A stretch of DNA of 64,000 nt. Origin: Eubacteriales bacterium. Lineage in GTDB: Bacteria; Bacillota; Clostridia; Oscillospirales; CAG-272. Under the pieces are notes generated by a model. That model did no database searches, was not told where the DNA came from, and was given only the letters and a program-made list of their open reading frames with translations. Below, in pieces: positions 37,074 through 46,751 of the stretch; the first letter of the stretch is position 1; each line of letters opens with the position of its first letter. The stretch spans positions 13,770 to 77,769 of the forward strand of contig JAZUKN010000039.1 of NCBI GenBank assembly GCA_045643285.1, in the 5' to 3' direction. Position numbers and translations under genes: made by a program.

Positions 37074-38471
37074 TTATTCGAGGATAAGCGGTCTTTCCGC
37101 TTCGTTTGCTTCAAATTCGAGCAGGCCGTCTTTGACTACGACAGTTGTCGCGTCGTCCGACAGTCCGTCTGTCGTCATCTCGCGGACCGTGAATTTCGTG
37201 CCTTCTTCGATACCGTATGCCGTCTTTACGTCGAACGAGAATTTACCTGTCTCCGTCGAGAAGAAATAGTATTTCCCCCGTGTCGTGCTGACGAGCGGCA
37301 GGAACATAGCACAGCCGTAACTGACAGTCGCGCCGTTTTTTGTGATCTTGTATTCGGTGTCGGTGACAACTCCGTCCGAGAAATACGCTCTCGTGAGTCC
37401 CGACACTATCTCTACGCGCTCCCTGTCAAGCGAGTTCAGGTATTTCTGTCGTAAATCGCGGAAGTACGTATTGCCAAGACATTCTTTCTGCCAGCCGTCT
37501 TTGTTCATGCCGAGCATCACTTCAAGATGGAAGCTGGCTCCGAACAGCGAGCCGTACGATGCGGCATCCCAGCCTCTGAACATTCTGCTCGGAAGAATGC
37601 CGACGAGAAGCGATGCCGGTCTGTCGATATAGTCCTGCAAACTCTGCGAGAAATGAAGTGCAAGCGGCTGAAGTCCGATGCAGTGATCAGTGCAGGGAAT
37701 GTACGTTCCGCCGCTTTCAAAATACACAAGCTCCGACGTTACGTCTATTCCGTGTGCGCGGAAGTAGCGGAAGATCTTGCATCTTGCCGCCGCCATTTCC
37801 TCGAACGTGTGTCCGTGCCCGGGATCGGGATCCTGGCGAACGAGGAATGCGTCAATGTGAATAGTGCCTGCTCTCTCGATCGGGAATAGCTCACACAACT
37901 CGTCGATACGCTTTGCGGTGTAGCCGGTGTTCCATTCGTCGACGAGGTTCACGCAGTACCCCTGCATTCCGCCCCACACACCGCTTTTTTTGAGCGATCC
38001 GTCTTTTTCTGTGGCGATCAGACCGTGCTCGACGTATTCGTCCCACAGCGGACTGTCCGGGTATGCCTCGCTCATATTAATATGGAAGCTGACGGTAGTA
38101 TTGTACTTGAAAGCCTCGTCCATCAGCCAAAGCAGGCTTTCGCGTGCATTCTTGTCGCAGTCGCGCTTTGCGGCGGCATTGACCTCGTGGAACGCGGGAT
38201 ATTTGCTGTCGTGACCGTTATACTGCCAGCCGACGAGATAGACGATCTTCTTCTCTCCGAGCGTGATTCTGTCGACTTTTTTGATGATCTCGAGTGCTTC
38301 CTCGAAAGTGTGGTGGATCGTTGTTTCCGTCCCGTCAGCACTCCGCGTTGCGATCAGAATTTTGTATGTGAATGTATATCTGTAGTCGTGGATATACGGC
38401 AGTTCGGGTGCTCGGGTGGCACGCCAATCGTACTCCTCGCCGCTTATCTTCGTGTAATCGAATTTGCTCAT
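37074..38471 (-). CDS. GH101/GH129-like glycoside hydrolase (endo-alpha-N-acetylgalactosaminidase family-like)
   Basis: 465 aa and cytoplasmic, with no signal peptide. IVYLVGWQYNGHDSKYP and the following TIM-barrel-like pattern recall the GH101 catalytic domain. The assignment is from memory and tentative. Confidence 0.4.
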   Translation of the reverse strand: MSKFDYTKISGEEYDWRATRAPELPYIHDYRYTFTYKILIATRSADGTETTIHHTFEEALEIIKKVDRITLGEKKIVYLVGWQYNGHDSKYPAFHEVNAAAKRDCDKNARESLLWLMDEAFKYNTTVSFHINMSEAYPDSPLWDEYVEHGLIATEKDGSLKKSGVWGGMQGYCVNLVDEWNTGYTAKRIDELCELFPIERAGTIHIDAFLVRQDPDPGHGHTFEEMAAARCKIFRYFRAHGIDVTSELVYFESGGTYIPCTDHCIGLQPLALHFSQSLQDYIDRPASLLVGILPSRMFRGWDAASYGSLFGASFHLEVMLGMNKDGWQKECLGNTYFRDLRQKYLNSLDRERVEIVSGLTRAYFSDGVVTDTEYKITKNGATVSYGCAMFLPLVSTTRGKYYFFSTETGKFSFDVKTAYGIEEGTKFTVREMTTDGLSDDATTVVVKDGLLEFEANEAERPLILE

Positions 38472-38612
38472 AGAAACCTCCGATATGTTATATTCAATGT
38501 AATTATCTCATCCAACCGTATTATTGTCAAGGCAAAACTCCGCCGAAAATGATTGGATCATACTCTTTGCCGTTTTTTTACTGATAAGTGATCCTCGGAC
38601 GCAAAATCCGGA

Positions 38613-39050
38613 CTATTCTATCCATTCAAATTCCACATAATCCGCGTCAAGCTCCAGCACGATACTGCAAAAAGACCACAGTCTTACGATGACCGAACGG
38701 TATCCGACATTGTGATAGAGATATTCGAGCCTTTCTTTCGGGAGATCGACCAATGTTTTATATAGCTTTTTTTGAGGTGTTTCCACGAAGACTGCTGACC
38801 TGTGGAACAGTATTCCCGGTCTTTTTCGGAAATACAAACCGACATCGTCCAGCCCGTCAGGCAGATGAAATCTGATTATCAATGATCTGGCGTTCGGTCT
38901 GATCTCCTTTGCCGAGTCGTGATATGATATATCGTCCTCGAAGACAAAATACAGGTTCTCTTCATCGGAACGTATCTCTTTGATGACAAAGTCATGCGGA
39001 ACGGGAATCGTCGGCAACACCGGTTTGTCGAGATAAAATATTTCTTTCAA
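38613..39050 (-). CDS. hypothetical protein
   Basis: 145 aa if translation starts at TTG 39050, which has GGAGGT 7 nt upstream. The ORF-track start at 39068 is also TTG but lacks an RBS. No family recognised. Confidence 0.45.
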   Translation of the reverse strand: MKEIFYLDKPVLPTIPVPHDFVIKEIRSDEENLYFVFEDDISYHDSAKEIRPNARSLIIRFHLPDGLDDVGLYFRKRPGILFHRSAVFVETPQKKLYKTLVDLPKERLEYLYHNVGYRSVIVRLWSFCSIVLELDADYVEFEWIE

Positions 39051-39147
39051 CGTTTTACCTCCGTTCAATAATCAAAATAAAACAAAAACGGGATCTGCCA
39101 AAAAACTCACGTATTAGCATGAGATATCGGCAAATCCCGTCGATGTA

Positions 39148-39417
39148 TTACCTTGTTACAAGCCAGAAATAGAGCATAACAAGCCCGAACGACGCGCACA
39201 TGACTGCGAGTCCGATGAGGAACGCAGGAAGCATGGCACGGTATGCGCCTTTTATCATCGCGCGTCTTTCTGCGCGCGAGATGTTCAGCCCGTTTATTTC
39301 TTTTCTCCGCTGTTTTTCTTCGGGAGAGATATATCCGGGCATTCCCTCGAGGTTCATATTGGCAACAGTAACGTCGCTGTATTCGTCAAGGCTGTCTGTT
39401 TTCTTTCTTTTTTTCAT
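39148..39417 (-). CDS. small C-terminally anchored membrane protein, last gene of the Opp-type operon
   Basis: 89 aa. Its ATG overlaps the upstream ATPase gene's stop as TAATG, and it has a C-terminal TM segment (LPAFLIGLAVMCASFGLVMLYFWLV). Confidence 0.5.
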   Translation of the reverse strand: MKKRKKTDSLDEYSDVTVANMNLEGMPGYISPEEKQRRKEINGLNISRAERRAMIKGAYRAMLPAFLIGLAVMCASFGLVMLYFWLVTR

Positions 39418-40547
39418 TATTTCTTAGGTTCTGAATAAAGATGGCAAGCTACGAAATGCTCCGGCTCATATTCAACGAGCTTAGGCTCATCTGTCTTGCA
39501 CTTTTCCATGCACTTCGAGCAACGTGTGTGGAATTTGCATCCTGCCGGCGGATTTGCCGGAGACGGGATGTCGCCCTCGAGGATGATTCTGTTCATCTTT
39601 ACGTCCGGGTCCGGTACGGGAACGGCAGACAGGAGCGCCTGCGTGTACGGGTGGAGCGGTTCGTTGAACAGAGCCTTCTGCGGAGCTTTTTCCATCATGT
39701 GGCCGAGGTACATAACGGCGACTTCCGTCGAGATATGCTCAACAACGGAGAGGTCGTGCGAAATGAAGATATACGTCAGACCGTGCTGTTCCTGCAAGTC
39801 CTTCAGAAGATTGATGATCTGCGCCTGGATAGACACGTCAAGTGCTGATACAGGCTCGTCGCAAACAACGATCTTCGGGTTGAGAGCAAGCGCGCGTGCG
39901 ATACAGATTCTCTGACGCTGACCGCCGGAAAATTCGTGCGGATATCTGTCGAAGTAGTGAGGCTGGAGTCCGCACTCCTTCATTATTTTCAGAATATATT
40001 CCTTATATTCACTTTTCGGAACGATATTGTGTTCTCTTACAGCTTCGCCGATAATTTCGCCGATAGTCATACGGGGACTGAGAGACGAATACGGGTCCTG
40101 GAAGATGATCTGTATATCGGGACGGAGCTTTGTGAGCGCAGATTTCGGGATACGCGCGATGTCAACGCCTGTTTTTGAAAGCACTTCAAGGAGCTTTTCA
40201 CGCGGTGCGGACTTCATATTTGCGTCTTCTTCGGGGACGAGCTTCCTGAGCTGTGCAGTAGACAGCTTATCAAGCGACAGTCCGCGGTAAACAACCTCAC
40301 CGGACGTGATGTCGTAAAGACGGAGCATCGTTCTGCCCATTGTGGTCTTGCCGCAGCCCGACTCGCCTACGACGCCGAGAGTCGTACCCTTTTTCAGCTT
40401 GAAGCTGATGTCGTTTACAGCCTTGACGCTGACGAGGACTCTGCCGAGAAGGTCGGTCTTTATCGGGAAGTGCTTTGTCAGATGCTTGACTATGACTATA
40501 TCGTCGTCTTCCGGAACGAACGGGAGGTTTTCATCGTATTTTGACAT
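39417..40547 (-). CDS. Opp/Dpp-type ABC transporter ATP-binding protein (OppF-like)
   Basis: 376 aa with Walker A GESGCGKTT, LSGGQRQR and Walker B VCDEP. The C-terminal oligopeptide-transporter extension carries Cys residues (CKFHTRCSKCMEKC...ACHLY). Confidence 0.85.
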   Translation of the reverse strand: MSKYDENLPFVPEDDDIVIVKHLTKHFPIKTDLLGRVLVSVKAVNDISFKLKKGTTLGVVGESGCGKTTMGRTMLRLYDITSGEVVYRGLSLDKLSTAQLRKLVPEEDANMKSAPREKLLEVLSKTGVDIARIPKSALTKLRPDIQIIFQDPYSSLSPRMTIGEIIGEAVREHNIVPKSEYKEYILKIMKECGLQPHYFDRYPHEFSGGQRQRICIARALALNPKIVVCDEPVSALDVSIQAQIINLLKDLQEQHGLTYIFISHDLSVVEHISTEVAVMYLGHMMEKAPQKALFNEPLHPYTQALLSAVPVPDPDVKMNRIILEGDIPSPANPPAGCKFHTRCSKCMEKCKTDEPKLVEYEPEHFVACHLYSEPKK

Positions 40548-41734
40548 TACTTGTCACCTCCGTTTTCTTCCTTGTCTTCGCTATAGTTTTCGTAAAGGTG
40601 GCACGCGACCTTATGCGTACCGGAAATAGTCTTTGTTTCGGGATAAGCTCCGTCACACGCCGCACATCTCTTGTCGCATCTGTCGCGGAAGTAGCAGTAG
40701 TTAGGCATATTGACGGGGTTCGGTACTGTACCCGGTATAGAATACAGTCTGTCGACCGAGCGGTTTACGACCGGCTTCGACTTCTGCAGACCAATCGTGT
40801 ACGGGTGCATCGGTTTTTTGAATATCTCAGCCGCCGTACCCTGTTCGATTATTCTTCCGGCGTACATTACGACGACGTAGTCAGCCATTTCGGCAATAAC
40901 GCCAAGGTCATGCGTAATGAGCATGATACTTCCGTTGATCTTCGTCTTGATGTCACGGAGAAGGTCGAGGATCTGCGCCTGGATCGTAACGTCAAGGGCA
41001 GTGGTCGGCTCGTCCGCGATGATAAGACGCGGATTGCATTCGAGTGCCATGGCTATCATGACACGCTGTCTCATACCGCCTGAAAGCTCGTGCGGGAACT
41101 GGTTGTAGATTCTTTCCGCATCGGAGATACCGACGAGGTTGAGCATCTTTATGGAGCGTTCCTTTGCTTCCTCAGCGGTCGATCCCGGCTCGTGAAGAAA
41201 TACTACTTCGTCGAGCTGCTGACCGATCTTGAAGACAGGGTTAAGGCTCGTCATCGGCTCCTGGAAGATCATACCGATCTCCTTGCCGCGGAGCTTGTTC
41301 ATAGCCGAGGTCGGCATATTTGCGATATTGTACGTCTTGCCGTCGGATGCTTTGAAGCGGATCTCACCGCCGCAGATCTGACCGGTAGGTCCCTGTACAA
41401 GCTGCATGAGAGAAAGGCTCGTTACGGATTTGCCGCAGCCCGATTCGCCGACGACGCCGACGATCTTCTGCTGCGGAATACTGAACGTAACGCCGTCAAC
41501 AGCTTTTACTGTTCCGACGTCTGTGTAGAAATAAGTGTGCAGATCGTCAAATTCGACGATATTGTTGTCGTCCTTCATCGTCGTTACATACTCGGATTCC
41601 GGAACGTTCTTTCTTGCTTTTTTTGCTTCAAAAGCCTTGGTTATTTTCTTATTCTGCTTTGCAATCGCTTTCGATTCCTTAGCAGTCATATAATCGGTGC
41701 GGTGACCGGTTTTTTTTATTTCTTTTTTCGGCAT
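40547..41734 (-). CDS. Opp/Dpp-type ABC transporter ATP-binding protein (OppD-like)
   Basis: 395 aa with a Lys-rich N-terminal extension of about 55 aa. It has GESGCGKS, LSGGMRQR, IADEPTTALD and a C-terminal CYFRDRCDKRCAAC...ACHLY. Confidence 0.85.
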   Translation of the reverse strand: MPKKEIKKTGHRTDYMTAKESKAIAKQNKKITKAFEAKKARKNVPESEYVTTMKDDNNIVEFDDLHTYFYTDVGTVKAVDGVTFSIPQQKIVGVVGESGCGKSVTSLSLMQLVQGPTGQICGGEIRFKASDGKTYNIANMPTSAMNKLRGKEIGMIFQEPMTSLNPVFKIGQQLDEVVFLHEPGSTAEEAKERSIKMLNLVGISDAERIYNQFPHELSGGMRQRVMIAMALECNPRLIIADEPTTALDVTIQAQILDLLRDIKTKINGSIMLITHDLGVIAEMADYVVVMYAGRIIEQGTAAEIFKKPMHPYTIGLQKSKPVVNRSVDRLYSIPGTVPNPVNMPNYCYFRDRCDKRCAACDGAYPETKTISGTHKVACHLYENYSEDKEENGGDK

Positions 41735-41749
41735 GGTTTTTCCTCCCCT

Positions 41750-42817
41750 TTATCTTCTTGCCTTCGGGTCGAAAGCGTCGCGGAGGCTGTCACCGATGAA
41801 GTTGAAGCCGAGAACCGCCATTACGATGAGTATACCGGCAGGTACCCAGAGGTTCGGGTAATGCTGGAGTATCTCACGTCCGGAAGCGCCGGAAGTGGCG
41901 TTGATCATCGTGCCCCATGCGGCATACGGGAACGGTACGCCGACGCCGAGGTAGGACAGCGTAGCTTCGTAAAGGATAGTTCCGCCGAGAGAAAGCGTTG
42001 CGGAAACGATAAGCTGAGGCATAACGTTCGGGATAAGGTGCTTGAATATCTTATGTCTGACGGAAAGACCGGTAGCCTCTGCCGCGATCATGAATTCCTG
42101 TTCACGGAGAGAGAGGATCTGACCTCTGACAAGCCTTGCTATACCCGACCACGAGAAGATGGTCAGAATCAAAATCAAACAGTAAATTCTGTACTGTGCC
42201 GGAACACCCCAGCTATTAACGAGGGACGCGGCAAGAAGCAGGATCGGAAGACCCGGCAGACAGTTGAAAATATCAACGATACGCATGATGACCTGGTCTA
42301 CCCAGCCGCCGAAATATCCGGCGATCGAGCCGATGACCGTTCCGAGAAGCGTTTCGATAAGCACGGACGCAAGGCTCAGGATAAGAGATACCTGTCCGCC
42401 GTACATAAGACGTGTGAGAACGTCGTAGCCGAACTGGTCGGTTCCGAGCGGATTTCTCCATGTCATCGGTGTCTTTGATGTTACTTCGTAAGGATCGGAG
42501 ACTTCTATGAAGTGGTATGTAATGTTGTTTCCGTTTTCGTCCTTGTCTGTCGTTACCATATCGTGAGCGATCTTCGAGGTCGTCCACTTTGTAGCGCCGG
42601 CGTTCTCCGTCTCACCGTAAGGAGTGAGCAGAGGACCGATAAACGAGAACGCAAACAGGAAAACGAGCATAACGATACCGACGATCGACAGCTTGGATTT
42701 GAAGAATCTCTTCATTACAAGCATACCCGGGCTCAGTATTTTTACTCTGTCTTCGAGAGTTTCTTCTTTTTCGTTATTATCCGCACCTTCAGCGAGGATT
42801 TTTTTGTTTTCGTCCAT
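41750..42817 (-). CDS. Opp/Dpp-type ABC transporter permease (OppC-like)
   Basis: About 355 aa from ATG 42817, with AGGAGG 9 nt upstream. It has the BPD-transporter EAA-type loop (AAEATGLS..HKIFKHLIPN). Confidence 0.85.
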   Translation of the reverse strand: MDENKKILAEGADNNEKEETLEDRVKILSPGMLVMKRFFKSKLSIVGIVMLVFLFAFSFIGPLLTPYGETENAGATKWTTSKIAHDMVTTDKDENGNNITYHFIEVSDPYEVTSKTPMTWRNPLGTDQFGYDVLTRLMYGGQVSLILSLASVLIETLLGTVIGSIAGYFGGWVDQVIMRIVDIFNCLPGLPILLLAASLVNSWGVPAQYRIYCLILILTIFSWSGIARLVRGQILSLREQEFMIAAEATGLSVRHKIFKHLIPNVMPQLIVSATLSLGGTILYEATLSYLGVGVPFPYAAWGTMINATSGASGREILQHYPNLWVPAGILIVMAVLGFNFIGDSLRDAFDPKARR

Positions 42818-42833
42818 TATATAAATCCTCCTG

Positions 42834-44129
42834 TTATTCGTCAATCTTTACGCGCGGGTCAACCACTGCGTACATAAGGTCGGAAAGAAGTGTACCGATA
42901 ACGGTCAGAGCGGAAAGGAACATATTATAAGCCATAATGAACGGGATGTCTCCCTGAGATACGGCTTTGTATGCGGCTTTACCGACACCGTCGATAGAGA
43001 ACACCTGCTCGGTGATCATAGCACCGCCGAAGAGGGACGGAAGGATACCCGCGAGCATTGTAACGATCGGGATAAGTGAGTTGCGGAAAGCGTGCTTGTA
43101 AATAATGTCGTGTTCGGAAAGTCCCTTTGCACGTGCTGTACGAATATAGTCGGCGTTGAGCACCTCAAGCATATTCGTTCTTGTGTAACGCATCAGACCG
43201 CCTATCGACAGAATGACGAGCGTTGTGATCGGCAGAACGAGGTGATAAATGTTGTCGATGATAGTCGGAAGTCCGGAGTTCGGGTCGGAAAGACCTGCAT
43301 ACGGGAACCAGCCTAGGTCGATCGAGAACAGTTTCAACATCAAAGCACCGAGGAAGAACGTCGGCAGAGAAATACCCATCATAACGATGAACGTTACGGT
43401 ATAGTCAAGGATACCGTACTGCTTCGTTGCGGAGAGAATACCGAGCGGGATCGCTATCGCAAATTCGAGAACGGTTGCGATCAGCGAAATAACGAACGAA
43501 ATACCGCACTTTGTGAAGATAATATAGAAAACACTGCTTGTGGAAAGCGGAATAGACTGAGTACGCGCGCCGTCCGGGATTTCCGATTCATCGGTGTACG
43601 GAACGTACTTCGTTTCGCCGTTTTCCTCAAGTATGTAGTAATTTTCGACTTTACCGCTGTCTACGGAGAATATGAATGAGTTACCCCAGTCGCCCTTGAT
43701 AACGTTGGACGCCCACATGAAATATCCGACAATGGGGTTAATGTCGGCACCAAACTGTTTATAGTTATGTTCGCCGCATCTGTCACAGCAGAGATCTGCT
43801 TTCAGAACAGCACCGGCAGGATCGTTCTTAACGACCTCCGGGTTTTCAAAATAGTCAAGCGGAGCGTCTGCAACGGTGAAACCGTACGGAGTGCCGTTTG
43901 AACGGCAAGTCAGGCACATAAATGCCGGCTCTGCAAGACCGTATGTCATTTCAAAACGTTCAACAGTGCGCTCAACGTCGCCTGTTTTATCCTGTGCGAG
44001 CTGTGCGGAATAACGCAGACGGGCAAAGTTCTCCGTCGGCTGGATACGCACGAGCACATATATGATAAGCGATACTCCGAACAAAATGAGTACCGAAAGT
44101 GCAAGTCTTTTAATAATATACTTTAACAT
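42834..44129 (-). CDS. Opp/Dpp-type ABC transporter permease (OppB-like) with enlarged first external loop
   Basis: 431 aa. The C-terminal half matches OppB (ADYIRTARAKGLSE...HAFRNSLIP). The TM1-TM2 loop is about 165 aa and contains C72-x2-C75 ... C114-C115-x2-C118. Confidence 0.8.
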   Translation of the reverse strand: MLKYIIKRLALSVLILFGVSLIIYVLVRIQPTENFARLRYSAQLAQDKTGDVERTVERFEMTYGLAEPAFMCLTCRSNGTPYGFTVADAPLDYFENPEVVKNDPAGAVLKADLCCDRCGEHNYKQFGADINPIVGYFMWASNVIKGDWGNSFIFSVDSGKVENYYILEENGETKYVPYTDESEIPDGARTQSIPLSTSSVFYIIFTKCGISFVISLIATVLEFAIAIPLGILSATKQYGILDYTVTFIVMMGISLPTFFLGALMLKLFSIDLGWFPYAGLSDPNSGLPTIIDNIYHLVLPITTLVILSIGGLMRYTRTNMLEVLNADYIRTARAKGLSEHDIIYKHAFRNSLIPIVTMLAGILPSLFGGAMITEQVFSIDGVGKAAYKAVSQGDIPFIMAYNMFLSALTVIGTLLSDLMYAVVDPRVKIDE

Positions 44130-44150
44130 TTTTAATATACAGAACCTGCC

Positions 44151-44179
44151 CTGCCCGGTTTTTGGTTATTGCCGGGCAG
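44151..44179 (-). promoter_or_regulatory. intercistronic stem-loop between binding-protein and permease genes
   Basis: The stem ctgcccgg/ccgggcag lies in the 126-nt gap. This position is typical of mRNA-stabilising or attenuating hairpins after oppA-type genes. Confidence 0.45.
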
Positions 44180-44255
44180 AACAGGAACCTCCTTGGTCAT
44201 TCAGCAGAGATCATTTCATCTGCCGTTTCAATTTGCAATGACTGTATTATGGGAC

Positions 44256-46679
44256 TTATTTTGCTTCTGCTTCGCCGTTAACGAAGGAGAGCTTCCAGAT
44301 TTCAGCGATCGGGCCCCAGTAAGGAGTTACTGTGGAGGAGAGAGTTGTAGCGTCGATTACAGTGTTGTTGTAAGCGAACATATTCTTTCTCTGGTATGTC
44401 GGGATTTCGATAGAGAGCTGTGCGAGAACTTCGAGAGCCTTGTTGTAGATCGGCTTTCTTTCTTCTGCGCTCATGTACTTCAGACCTTCTTCGATGAGTT
44501 CAGCGAGGTAGTGAACAGCTTCTGTCTGGTTCATTGTTTCAACAGAACCGTCGAGCTTTGTTACGTCGATCGTGCCGAGATCATCCTTGTTACCGTTAGC
44601 TTCGAGCCACTTGATACCGTTGGAGATAACGGATTCAGCTGCGCTCATGTAGTGGTAAACCTGGTACATATCCGGGTCGGGAGTAGAGGACCATGCAAGT
44701 GCGTAAGACGGTGTGCCGCCTGCCTTGATGTTAGCGATGAGGTTCTGGTCTACTTCGATGTTAGCTGTTACGCCGATCGTAGCGAGGAGAGCCTGTGCGC
44801 TGAGGTATACGCCGCCTGCCGGGTGGTCATCGGAGTTGGAGGGCAGATAGAAGGTAACAGCAGGAACGTCTGTGAACTTGCCTGTTTCTTCGTCGAATGT
44901 GTAGCCTGCCTTCTTGAAGTTTTCGATAGCTGTTGCGAGAGTATCATCGAACGGGTAGATAGCTGTTGCGCCTTCCGGATAAGCCCAGTTGACCTGAGAC
45001 TGAGAACGGTAGATAACGTCAGCGAGTCCGTTCGGGTAGTAGTCCATAACCTTTGCGAGGTCAAGAACGGATGTGTAAGCGATACGAGTGTAAACATTTT
45101 CAAGACCGCAGCCGCCTGCCGGGTTGAGGCAGATGTAACCGTAGCCGAGGTTGTCTACGAGGATGGATGTGATGGAGTCGATTGTAGCGATTTCTGCAAC
45201 TGCGGAAGCGGATGCGGAAACTGTAGCGTAGTCAACGTCGCCGGCCTTGAGGGCATCGAATTCCTTACCGGATTCAACAACCTTCATGTAAACGTTCTTG
45301 ATCTTTGCATTGAATACGTTGTCGCCGCCCATTGTTTCGTGGTAGTCGTTACGAACGAGTGTAACGCCGTCACCGTCGAAGGAGACGAACTTGTAGGAAC
45401 CTGCGCCCATAGGAGCAGTGTTGAGAGTTGCGAGGTGATCCATGAATGCCTTGTTGCCGTTGATACCGAGTTCAACACCGTAGTTAACAAGAGCACCTTC
45501 TGTGTAATTGAAGCCTGCTGTGTAGTAAGCCTTCGGAGCAACTGTTACGCTGAGGTCGAGGATGGCCTTCGGGTTCTGCTCTGTGAGGATCATCGTGAAT
45601 GTTTCGTGAGATTCACCGTTAACATCCGTTGTGCCCTTCAGAAGACCTGCGATAGAGGGGATAGAACCAACTTCTGCATAAGCGAGCGTGAAGTTTTCAG
45701 CTGCCTTTGCGATGAGGTCCATACCTGCAGATTCTGTGCCGGAGAGGTTTACATAGTCTCCGCCGTAAGCTTCAACCATAGCTGCGAAATATTCCTTAGC
45801 TGTTGCGCCTTCTGTCCAAGCGTCGCCGAAGCCCCACTCGGTCATACCGAGCTTAACCTGGAGAGCGGGATCAGCCTTAACTTCATCGGGAGTAGAGCCG
45901 ATATCTTCAGCGTAGCCGATGTAGTTTGTGCAAACGTAATCAACGATTTCCTGAGCGAATGCTTCGCCGGCTGCGTTGAGGCAATCCCAGTAGGAATTGT
46001 ACTGATCTTCTGTGAAGTCTGCTGTTTCAACATATCCGTCGGGACCTGCAGCAAGAATCTTATCTGCGATGTCGGAGTATGTAGAAGCGCCTGCAACCTG
46101 TGTTCTGTAGTCGTTGAGACCGAGAATCGGGAGAGTGTAGATGGTGCTGGATCCGCAGTAAGCGGGATCGAGGTATACATAGTAGTTGAAGAGAACGTCG
46201 TCAGCTGTGATAGCGGAACCGTCGCTGAACTTGCATCCGTTCTTGAGAACAACTTCGTATACAACGTAGTCGCCTTCTTCGAATGTTTCCTTCTCTGCGA
46301 ATGTTGTGAGGTCATTCGTGTAGAAGATGCGGTAGCTCTGACCGACAGTGTCGTATTCTTCACCTGCTACGATAGCGCCGGTCGGGTCCATTGTGAGGAG
46401 TCCGACGTTTACGAGGCCGACTACGTCGCCGTCGTATGCGTTATTGTAAAGGAAGGGGTTGAATTCGCCGTCAAAGGTGTTTTCCTGAAGAATGAGCGTC
46501 TTTGTGTCATTAACAGTTTCCTTTGCGGTTTCATCGGGCTGCTGGTTGTCCGGGGTGTTGTCTTCTTCCTGCTGTTTGTCGTCTTCGTTAGGTGTCTTCG
46601 TGCATGCGAACATGGAGAAGCACATTACGAGAGCGAGAACGAGTGCGAGAAGAGAAACTAAGAGTTTGCTGAGTTTCAT
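44256..46679 (-). CDS. ABC transporter substrate-binding lipoprotein, family 5 (OppA/DppA-like), unusually large
   Basis: 807 aa with a perfect RBS AAGGAGG. It has a signal peptide with Cys (CFSMFAC) and an acidic/polar linker, followed by an SBP_bac_5-like body. Confidence 0.8.
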   Translation of the reverse strand: MKLSKLLVSLLALVLALVMCFSMFACTKTPNEDDKQQEEDNTPDNQQPDETAKETVNDTKTLILQENTFDGEFNPFLYNNAYDGDVVGLVNVGLLTMDPTGAIVAGEEYDTVGQSYRIFYTNDLTTFAEKETFEEGDYVVYEVVLKNGCKFSDGSAITADDVLFNYYVYLDPAYCGSSTIYTLPILGLNDYRTQVAGASTYSDIADKILAAGPDGYVETADFTEDQYNSYWDCLNAAGEAFAQEIVDYVCTNYIGYAEDIGSTPDEVKADPALQVKLGMTEWGFGDAWTEGATAKEYFAAMVEAYGGDYVNLSGTESAGMDLIAKAAENFTLAYAEVGSIPSIAGLLKGTTDVNGESHETFTMILTEQNPKAILDLSVTVAPKAYYTAGFNYTEGALVNYGVELGINGNKAFMDHLATLNTAPMGAGSYKFVSFDGDGVTLVRNDYHETMGGDNVFNAKIKNVYMKVVESGKEFDALKAGDVDYATVSASASAVAEIATIDSITSILVDNLGYGYICLNPAGGCGLENVYTRIAYTSVLDLAKVMDYYPNGLADVIYRSQSQVNWAYPEGATAIYPFDDTLATAIENFKKAGYTFDEETGKFTDVPAVTFYLPSNSDDHPAGGVYLSAQALLATIGVTANIEVDQNLIANIKAGGTPSYALAWSSTPDPDMYQVYHYMSAAESVISNGIKWLEANGNKDDLGTIDVTKLDGSVETMNQTEAVHYLAELIEEGLKYMSAEERKPIYNKALEVLAQLSIEIPTYQRKNMFAYNNTVIDATTLSSTVTPYWGPIAEIWKLSFVNGEAEAK

Positions 46680-46751
46680 GGTTTTTCCTCCTTAAAAATT
46701 TTGGTCGGATAAATTTTTTATATATAAAGGTTTTCGCCTTATATATCAGAT

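Noticed and set aside
44169-46661. An 830-aa ORF on the plus strand, the longest non-annotated ORF in the window.
   Set aside because: It is exactly antisense to the 807-aa binding lipoprotein gene. That gene has a perfect RBS, a signal peptide with a lipobox and a family-5 SBP-like body. The plus-strand translation is Val/Cys-rich with low complexity, has no RBS and shows no recognisable domain. It is a stop-free antisense frame produced by codon bias.
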